Source: Deltaproteobacteria bacterium (lineage in GTDB: Bacteria; Desulfobacterota; Binatia; UBA12015). From it: a stretch of DNA of 18,698 nucleotides. Below, piece after piece: positions 10,195-18,698 of the stretch. Each line of letters starts with the position of its first letter. Positions within the stretch are counted from its first letter, which is position 1. Under the pieces are notes generated by a model. The model was not told the DNA's origin. It searched no databases and worked only from the letters and a program-made list of their open reading frames with translations. The position numbers were made by a program, and so were the translations under genes. The stretch spans positions 1 through 18,698 of the forward strand of contig JAYGCM010000051.1 in assembly GCA_046583355.1 (NCBI GenBank), given 5' to 3'.

Positions 10195-10223
10195 TTGCCG
10201 GAAGGGGCAGGATTGCCTATGTT
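10195..10223 (+). promoter_or_regulatory. Putative sigma70 promoter of RNase E/G gene
   Basis: TTGCCG (10195-10200), a 17-bp spacer and TATGTT (10218-10223), about 150 nt upstream of the GTG start. Confidence 0.55.
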
Positions 10224-10373
10224 CCCTATTATGCGATGCGCGCCACCGGCGACGGTAACCGACCCGCAACCGCGCCGAGCAGCGCATAATGACGACCAAT
10301 CGGCGCAAGCCATGGTCCCTCTGTTTCGGAGCCTACCGTCCGAGCCGCCACCGGCGGGATCGGACCGACTCCA

Positions 10374-12278
<1,905 letters not shown>

Positions 12279-12395
12279 GCCTTTGGCAACCCGCTATATC
12301 CTTCGTCCAGCGGCGGAATCGGTTTCCTTGCTTACCAGCAGCAAAATCCGGTACTCACCCCAGCAGGCGGGTAGCCGCGGGAGGGGATGAGGAAG

Positions 12396-12578
12396 ATGGA
12401 TTTGCCGAAGTGCCAGAAGTGCAATGCGGGGCTACTGATCCCCCTATCCGATTACGGGCAGGACGGTGCAACCGTTATGTTCAAGGCGTGGGTCTGCACA
12501 AACCCGCCCTGCGGCTTCTCTCTCCGCATCGATAAGGGCGATGTAACTTTCGGCCGCAAAGTCGAACCGAGACGATAA
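12396..12578 (+). CDS. Small zinc-ribbon-like hypothetical protein (60 aa)
   Basis: MDLPKCQKC...WVCTNPPCGF gives a CxxC + CxxxxC pattern. GGAGGGG lies 9 nt upstream of ATG 12396 (alternative ATG 12387). The ORF fills the gap between rng and comEC. Confidence 0.85.
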   Translation: MDLPKCQKCNAGLLIPLSDYGQDGATVMFKAWVCTNPPCGFSLRIDKGDVTFGRKVEPRR

Positions 12579-12599
12579 CGCCAGGTGTAGCCGGCCCTC

Positions 12600-14975
12600 T
12601 CAGGGGCCGGTGCGACAACTGCTCCAGCGAATGAGTTGCCCGTCGGTCTTGGCGACAATTTCGCCCGATCCATCGGTTCCCTGCCAGATGCTGCCGCCCG
12701 TGCGGTAGCGGTCTTGAACCTCCGCTGCGGGAAAACCGAATCGATTCGAGCGGCCGAGCTGCGCCACGGCAACGGCGGGTCGAATAGCCCGTAACAAGGC
12801 GTACCCACTGGAGGTTGCTGAACCGTGGTGCGGCACCTTCAAAACGGCGGCACCCAGATCGCGGCGGCCCCGCAGCAACGCCGCCTCGCCAGCGGCTTCG
12901 ATATCGCCTGTCAATACAAAGGCTATCGCGCCGAAGCGAATCTCGGTAACCAACGAGGCGTCGTTCGCACTCAGAGCCTTTATGCCGGCGGCGGGATGAA
13001 GCACCGCAATCCGAGCGGCGCCCAGGTCGGCACGATCACCGGCCCGCCAGACTCCGATGCCAACCCCGGCAGCAGCAAAGCCCGCCACCAGCCGCGCGTA
13101 GGAAGCCTTCTCCATGCCCTGGCCGTTGCCGCGAAACAATCCCACCGGGACCTCGGCCGCCAGACCACTCAGGCCCCCATAATGGTCCCATTCGGGATGG
13201 GAGGCCGCCACGAAGGTGAGCTCTTCTAGACCCGAGAAACGCAGCGCAGGGAGCAGAAGCCTGCGCGCCGATGCCTTGCCGCCGTACGAACCCGGTGCGT
13301 CCATGAGCAAGGCGGTTCCGCCACCAGCCGGGTAGGCGAGAATCGAGTCGCCCTGCCCGGCGTCGAGAAAATGGACACTGAGTCCCGCCGCCGGCAACAC
13401 GGGTCTTCCGACCAACGCGGAGACCAGGGCGAGCAAGAGCAGGGAATGGCGCGGCAATCGGCGCGCGCGCAATAGCCAGGCGAAGAAGAGCGCGACCAGC
13501 GCCAACGCATAGCCCAAGGAAATTTCTTCGACCTCCACGACCGCGAAATCCGCACGGCTGAAGAAATGTACGGCTTGGATCGCCAGATCAATCAACCTCC
13601 CGGAGAGGCGAAAGACCCAGGCTGCCAACGCCGGAGCCGGCACCACCAGCGCTACCCCAGCCAGGCCGAGGAGAAGCGCCAGACCGCCGACCAAGGGCGA
13701 GAGGAGAAGGTTCGAGACCACGCCGACGAAGGAAGCCGCCCCGAAATGGTGGAGAAGAAGCGGCGCCGTCGCGCAAGTCGCCACCGCCGAGGCGCGCAGG
13801 CTCGAGCGCAGCCAACGCGCCGGCGCGCCACCCCAAGCGTCGCGCGGGGTAGCCGAGCCCGTCTCAAGCGCAAGAAGCAATGCCGCGACAGCCGCAAAGG
13901 AGAGCTGGAAGGCCGCTGAACGCAGCAGTTCCGGGCGCATAGCGGCCAACCCGACACCGCAGATGACAAGCAGGCGAAAGCGCTCGGCGCGGAAAGTCAG
14001 AAGCATGCCGCAGGAGATCAAGACCGCCATCACCGCGGCACGCAACGCGGCGACCGGAGCCCCCGTAAGCATGGCGAAAGCAAAGGTCGCGAGGATCGCC
14101 CCGATCTCGCCTACACGCGCCGCCGCACCCGACGCCGCCAGCCTGCGCGAGAATGCGGCCATCGCGCCAAGCAATACCCGCATGCTGCCGGCGACAATCG
14201 CCATATGAAGTCCGGAGACAGCGAGCAGATGCGCGCCGCCGGCACGGGCCCAGAGTTCGCGTTCGTCCGAATCGAGGGTCCGCCGGTCGCCGAGAACCAG
14301 CGCGAGCAAAATGGGAGCACTGGTGGGCGACGCGGCTTCGCGCACGGCGTCGTACACACGGCGGCGAAAGGAGGCCAACCCTCCGCGAGGCCCAGCAATC
14401 CGCCGCACCGCACGATCGTCTTTCACCCGCGCCTCCAGGCCGATGCCACGTCGCGCATAAAAAACTGCCAGCCGGTCCACGCCCTGATTGCACGCGCCCA
14501 GCAGGCGCTCGGGTGCGGCAACGAATTCGACGCCATCGCCCACCCGCCAGGGCCGTGAGGCCCGCGAAAACGAGAGCAGGAGGCGTGCCGGCAAGGGCTC
14601 GCGCAGCGGTGCGGCGGCGACCAGCGCAACCTCCAAGCGTGCCCACTCCTCGCCGGGGCGCCACTGGCCGGTACGCACATCTTCGACTCGGCCGCGCCAG
14701 CGCGCCATGGGGTAATCCGGTACGGGGGCAACCACGACGGGGCCGCCGGCCATGATGCCGGCGAACGCCCCTGCCGCGACCGCCACCCAGGCCGCACCGA
14801 GTCTATGCCCGAGCAGCAGAAGCGCCAGGACCAGCGCGAGAAGCCAGGGGTTCAGACCGAACGCCGGCTCCAACGCCAGCGAGGCGAAGAAGCCGAGCGC
14901 GGCGCCCGCAACCGCGAGCCGCCGCACGCGGCTGGTCCGACCCGAAGGACGGCGCCGATGACGCACGCGTAACAT
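12600..14975 (-). CDS. comEC: DNA internalization competence protein ComEC/Rec2
   Basis: Multi-TM protein with the competence-domain motif GGAHLLAVSGLH and FQLSFAAV. The C-terminal metallo-beta-lactamase domain has FLDAGQGDS, SHPEWDHYGG, TGDIE, KVPHHGS and NRFGFP. The exact start is uncertain. Confidence 0.93.
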   Translation of the reverse strand: MLRVRHRRRPSGRTSRVRRLAVAGAALGFFASLALEPAFGLNPWLLALVLALLLLGHRLGAAWVAVAAGAFAGIMAGGPVVVAPVPDYPMARWRGRVEDVRTGQWRPGEEWARLEVALVAAAPLREPLPARLLLSFSRASRPWRVGDGVEFVAAPERLLGACNQGVDRLAVFYARRGIGLEARVKDDRAVRRIAGPRGGLASFRRRVYDAVREAASPTSAPILLALVLGDRRTLDSDERELWARAGGAHLLAVSGLHMAIVAGSMRVLLGAMAAFSRRLAASGAAARVGEIGAILATFAFAMLTGAPVAALRAAVMAVLISCGMLLTFRAERFRLLVICGVGLAAMRPELLRSAAFQLSFAAVAALLLALETGSATPRDAWGGAPARWLRSSLRASAVATCATAPLLLHHFGAASFVGVVSNLLLSPLVGGLALLLGLAGVALVVPAPALAAWVFRLSGRLIDLAIQAVHFFSRADFAVVEVEEISLGYALALVALFFAWLLRARRLPRHSLLLLALVSALVGRPVLPAAGLSVHFLDAGQGDSILAYPAGGGTALLMDAPGSYGGKASARRLLLPALRFSGLEELTFVAASHPEWDHYGGLSGLAAEVPVGLFRGNGQGMEKASYARLVAGFAAAGVGIGVWRAGDRADLGAARIAVLHPAAGIKALSANDASLVTEIRFGAIAFVLTGDIEAAGEAALLRGRRDLGAAVLKVPHHGSATSSGYALLRAIRPAVAVAQLGRSNRFGFPAAEVQDRYRTGGSIWQGTDGSGEIVAKTDGQLIRWSSCRTGP

Positions 14976-15121
14976 CGCGTAAGCCTGCGGCCGATAGCGG
15001 TAGCGGCAAGGGGCGCCGTACCCGAGGGGAGGCCAATTCGATGTGAGCCCGAAAAGTCAGGCGTGGCACCGAGGGCGTTGCTTGCGGCTGCTGGCTTGGT
15101 CGGCGACCGAGTAATAGCCGT

Positions 15122-15643
15122 TGTAGAGTCAACCGGTCAACGCAACATCGAAGAGGTATTGCATAAGGAGGCTCGGATGGCGGGACGGAGTTTCCCGGAA
15201 GAAGAAAGAGCGGAGCTTTGGCGCCGCTGGAAGTGCGGTGAGTCCTGGCCGTCGATCGGTCGTGCACTTGGTAGGCGGTCCTGCACGCTCCATGGCGTGG
15301 TGGCGGCACAACGCGGGATTGCTCCTCCTGTTCGCCTGGGAGCACCAGCAGCCCTGACGCTGCCGGATAGAGAGGAGATCTTGCGCGGAGTGGCTCCGGG
15401 ATAGGGCGTCCGGCGGATCGCCACGGACATCGCCCGAGCGCCGGAGGCGGTGCGTCGAGAGATCCAGGGCAACAGCGGCCACCATCGTTATCGCTCTCAC
15501 CGAGCTGACCTCTCGGCCTGGTCGCAAGCGGATACAGGCGAGGTTGCCCTGAGCCTGAACCAACCTCCGCGCAAGACCCTCTGCTTTCATCAGCCCTGTC
15601 GATTCGCTCGTCAACAGTGCTGCGTTGACCGGTTGAGCGCCCC
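15122..15643 (+). mobile_element. Internally deleted IS30-family element (522 bp) with both terminal inverted repeats
   Basis: Left IR TGTAGAGTCAACCGGTCAACGCAACA (15122-15147) resembles the IS30 end TGTAGATTCAATTGGTCAACGCAACA. The right IR reverse complement is TGGGCGCTCAACCGGTCAACGCAGCA (15618-15643). A transposase remnant lies between them. Confidence 0.9.
15177..15636 (+). pseudogene. IS30-family transposase pseudogene (N-terminal HTH fused to extreme C-terminus, DDE core missing)
   Basis: AAGGAGG RBS, then M...ELWRRWKCGESWPSIGRALGR...LTLPDREEILRG, an in-frame TAG at 15402-15404, and VRRIATDIARAPEAVRREI...RYR. This joins directly to the C-terminal DLSAWSQAD...LNQPPRKTL and a frameshifted AALTG-stop within the right IR. 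Confidence 0.88.
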
Positions 15644-15723
15644 ACGGCTCCTGGGAGAGAGCGCGACGCGGTGCAGTAGCCGCAAGCGGCGGCCGGATGC
15701 AGGCCTGCTTTTCGGCCGGGCCT

Positions 15724-17577
15724 CTAAGAGCCAGTGGATAGGGCCGCGGCAATCTCGCGGGCCAGCCCCGGGCCGAAGCCTGGCAGCGCGCCGATCTCCG
15801 CCACGCTCGCCCGCCGCACGCCGGCCACACTACCAAAATGGGTCAGCAGGCGACGCTTGCGCGTGGCACCGATACCGGCAATCTCGTCGAGCGGAGATTC
15901 GCGCGCCGCGCGCGCGCGCAGAGTGCGGTGGTAGGTAATGGCGAAACGATGCGCCTCGTCCCGGACGCGCTGGAGCAGGAAAAGTGCACCCGAGCTGCGC
16001 GGCAAAACCACCGGGTTCACCCGCCCGGGAAGAAAGACCCGCTCTTCGGTGCGCTCCAGCGCAACCGATCGAGCGTCGCTGCGCACCCGAGATTTGGCGA
16101 GGCCGACGATCTCGAGGCCGGTAATCCCGAGATCGGAAGCCACCGCGAGAGCGACACCGAGTTGACCGCGACCACCATCGACCACAAGCAGGTCGGGTAA
16201 ATCGTCGGCTTCTTTGCCGGAGGTGAAGCGGCGCCGCAGAACCTCGGCCATGCTCGCAAAATCGTCAATCCCCTCAACCGTACGGATGCGAAAGCGGCGA
16301 TAGCGTTCCGGGGTGGCATTGCCCTCATCGAAAGCAACCAGCGACGCGACTGTCGCGCTACCCTGGAAGGTCGATATATCCACACATTCGATCGTCTTGG
16401 GCGCCGAGAGCAGATGCAGGCGGCGACGCAGCTCTTCGGCCGTCTCGGCCTGGCGCTCATCCTGGTTACGGCGCGCCTCCATTGATTGCCGCGCATTCGC
16501 TGCGGCAAGCTCCACCAGGCGTTTCTTGGCACCGCGCTGCGGCACCTGCACGGAGACCGCCCGACCGCGTTTCTCACCGAGCAGCTCTTCGCGTGCGGCA
16601 TGATCGCCGAGTGCGATCGGCAGCAGCACTTCGGCCGGCACCGGACGGGCGCCCTCGTAGAATTGCGAGAGCAGCGAACCGAGAAGATCCTCATCGGGCA
16701 ACTCGCGGTCGCGAAAACCGAAAGCGCGGTGCGCCGTCAGCCGACCGCTGCGCACGATCAGAACCTGGATCTCAACGAAACCGCCTTCGCGGTAAATACC
16801 AAAAATATCCTGATCGCCACCGGCATGGTTCACCACCTGCTGACCTTGTGCGGTGTTGCGGATCGCGCGCATGCGGTCGCGCAGACGTGCGGCCTCTTCG
16901 AAGCGCAATGCCTCGGAAGCCTGCTTCATCTCGAGGTCGAGGCGCTGCAGGAGTTCGTCATTCTTGCCCTCGAGGAGAAGCCCCACAGTACGCAGGTGGC
17001 CGGCATATTCTTCGCGATCGACCGGCAGCACGCACGGCGCAAGGCAACGCCCGATCTGATGCTCCAGGCAGGGGCGCTGCCGGTTACGAAAGACCGGGTC
17101 GCTGCAGGTCCGCAGAGGAAAGACCTTGCGCACCACGTCAAGAGTCTCGCGCACCGCGCTGGCCGAATGGAAGGGTCCGAAATAGCGGGCGCCGTCGTTG
17201 CGAATGCGCCGCGTCACCACGACGCGCGGCCACTCATGCGCGGTGATCGCGACACTGACGTAGGATTTGTCATCCTTCAGGCGTACATTGTAGCGCGGCT
17301 TATATTGTTTGATGAGGTTATTCTCGAGGATCAGCGCTTCTTTCTCATTGCGCGTGACGAGAAATTCGACATCGGACGCCTTGCGCAGGAGGAAAGGCAC
17401 CTGCAGGCGCCCGTCCCCACCACGCAAATAGGAACGCAGGCGTAGGCGCAGATTCTTCGCTTTCCCAACATAGAGAACACGCCCGTCGTCGCCCTTGAAA
17501 AGGTAGACGCCGGGCCCGCGCGGGGCCGCGGCCGCGCGCTCGGCAAACGAGTTTTCCCTGCCGCCTGCGGCAGCCAT
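15724..17577 (-). CDS. uvrC: Excinuclease ABC subunit C
   Basis: GIY-YIG domain (PGVYLF..LYVGKAKNLR..EALILENNLIK..PRYN), Cys cluster, UVR domain, RNase H-like domain (ECVDIS, DDFASM, VDGGRGQ, RDEAHRFA) and C-terminal HhH. Confidence 0.98.
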   Translation of the reverse strand: MAAAGGRENSFAERAAAAPRGPGVYLFKGDDGRVLYVGKAKNLRLRLRSYLRGGDGRLQVPFLLRKASDVEFLVTRNEKEALILENNLIKQYKPRYNVRLKDDKSYVSVAITAHEWPRVVVTRRIRNDGARYFGPFHSASAVRETLDVVRKVFPLRTCSDPVFRNRQRPCLEHQIGRCLAPCVLPVDREEYAGHLRTVGLLLEGKNDELLQRLDLEMKQASEALRFEEAARLRDRMRAIRNTAQGQQVVNHAGGDQDIFGIYREGGFVEIQVLIVRSGRLTAHRAFGFRDRELPDEDLLGSLLSQFYEGARPVPAEVLLPIALGDHAAREELLGEKRGRAVSVQVPQRGAKKRLVELAAANARQSMEARRNQDERQAETAEELRRRLHLLSAPKTIECVDISTFQGSATVASLVAFDEGNATPERYRRFRIRTVEGIDDFASMAEVLRRRFTSGKEADDLPDLLVVDGGRGQLGVALAVASDLGITGLEIVGLAKSRVRSDARSVALERTEERVFLPGRVNPVVLPRSSGALFLLQRVRDEAHRFAITYHRTLRARAARESPLDEIAGIGATRKRRLLTHFGSVAGVRRASVAEIGALPGFGPGLAREIAAALSTGS

Positions 17578-18698
17578 CAGCGCCGCCGGCCCCGGCCACG
17601 GCCCGCACGGCCCGCCGCCGCTGTGGCATCCTGGGTCGTAGCATCCGTCTCGCGCGCCCGGATCTGGTCGCGCAGCTCGCCGGCACGTTCGAATTCGAGA
17701 TTCTCAGCGGCCTCCCGCATCGCCCGTCGAAGCTCGGCGGTGCTGGTCCCTTGCGCGGCGGCCACAAGTCCCCCGGGGCCGATCGAAGGCGTGGTCGAGT
17801 GGTCGGCTTCGAAGACCTCGACCAGAGGAGAACCGATCGATTTACGAATGCTCTCCGGCGTAATCCCGTGTTCCTGATTATACGCGTGCTGAATCACGCG
17901 GCGCCTATCGGTTTCCTCGATCGCCCGCTTCATCGAATCCGTAACTCGATCGCCGTAGAGAATGACGCGACCATTCACGTGCCGCGAAGCGCGACCGATG
18001 GTCTGAATCAGCGATCGTGTCGAGCGCAAAAATCCTTCTTTGTCCGCATCCAGGATCCCCACCAACGAGACCTCGGGAATATCCAGCCCTTCGCGAAGCA
18101 GATTGATCCCGACCAGGACATCATAATCGCCGCGGCGCAGGCCGCGGATCAATTCAACCCGCTCCAACGTATCGACATCGGAGTGAATATAGCGCACCCG
18201 CACGCCGACATCCTGAAGATAATCCGTGAGATCCTCGGCCATCTTCTTGGTCAGTGTCGTCACCAGCACGCGCTCATCGCGTTTCGCGCAGATGCGGATC
18301 TCTTCCAGAATATCGTCAACCTGTTGCCGCGCTCCGCGCACCTCGATTACCGGGTCCATGAGCCCGGTCGGACGAATCATTTGTTCGGCGATCAGGCCGC
18401 CGCTCTTCGTCAACTCGTAATCACCCGGTGTCGCCGAGACGTAGATCACCTGGTGCAGATGCGTTTCGAATTCCGGGAAACTCAGCGGCCTGTTGTCAAG
18501 TGCCGAGGGAAGGCGAAAACCGAAATCGACCAGGTTGCGCTTGCGTGCCTGGTCGCCGCGAAACATACCGCCGACTTGGGGAATCGTCACATGGCTTTCG
18601 TCAATCAGAATCAGCGCATCCTCGGGGAAATAACTCAGCAAAGTAGACGGCGGTGCGCCCTTCTCGCGGCCGTCAAGATGCACCGAATAATTCTCGAT
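17577..18698 (-). CDS. uvrB: Excinuclease ABC subunit B, C-terminal part (5' truncated by the window edge)
   Basis: Contains [64 protein letters not shown] and a C-terminal UVR domain. The stop overlaps the uvrC start as TGATG. Confidence 0.98.
   Translation of the reverse strand: MENYSVHLDGREKGAPPSTLLSYFPEDALILIDESHVTIPQVGGMFRGDQARKRNLVDFGFRLPSALDNRPLSFPEFETHLHQVIYVSATPGDYELTKSGGLIAEQMIRPTGLMDPVIEVRGARQQVDDILEEIRICAKRDERVLVTTLTKKMAEDLTDYLQDVGVRVRYIHSDVDTLERVELIRGLRRGDYDVLVGINLLREGLDIPEVSLVGILDADKEGFLRSTRSLIQTIGRASRHVNGRVILYGDRVTDSMKRAIEETDRRRVIQHAYNQEHGITPESIRKSIGSPLVEVFEADHSTTPSIGPGGLVAAAQGTSTAELRRAMREAAENLEFERAGELRDQIRARETDATTQDATAAAGRAGRGRGRRR

Noticed and set aside
12591..12610. Hairpin CCGGCCCT-CTCA-GGGGCCGG between convergent genes as a terminator
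   Set aside because: There is no U-tract on either strand and it overlaps the comEC stop codon. It is plausible but unsupported.
15064..15081. Sigma54-like TGGCAC...TTGC
   Set aside because: The spacing is 8 nt rather than the strictly required 5 nt.

Overview
This is a high-GC housekeeping region from a deltaproteobacterial-type bacterium (Binatota/Myxococcota/Desulfobacterota-like, inferred from gene order and the 5' part of the 16S). On the minus strand it carries uvrB (partial), uvrC and comEC, then smc-ftsY-rny-ymdB-tyrS, which leads into an rRNA operon with tandem promoters, boxB/boxA and a partial 16S. On the plus strand it carries an RNase E/G gene divergent from smc, a 60-aa zinc-ribbon protein, and an internally deleted IS30-family remnant between comEC and uvrC. 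Four things stand out. (1) The 16S is a mosaic: the 5' ~690 nt look host-like, while the part in window 1-600 has Patescibacteria (CPR) signatures, and long-range helices fail to pair across one clear and one probable junction. This is most likely an assembly chimera. (2) A tandem pair of NrdR-like boxes, 32 bp apart, flanks a -35 hexamer facing smc, which suggests dNTP-sensing control of smc-ftsY. (3) The RNase E/G has a structured leader with a repeated hairpin, a 50% acidic S1 insertion and an Arg-rich tail. (4) The 522-bp IS30 derivative retains both inverted repeats. I found no defence island, CRISPR array or clearly novel multi-gene system.
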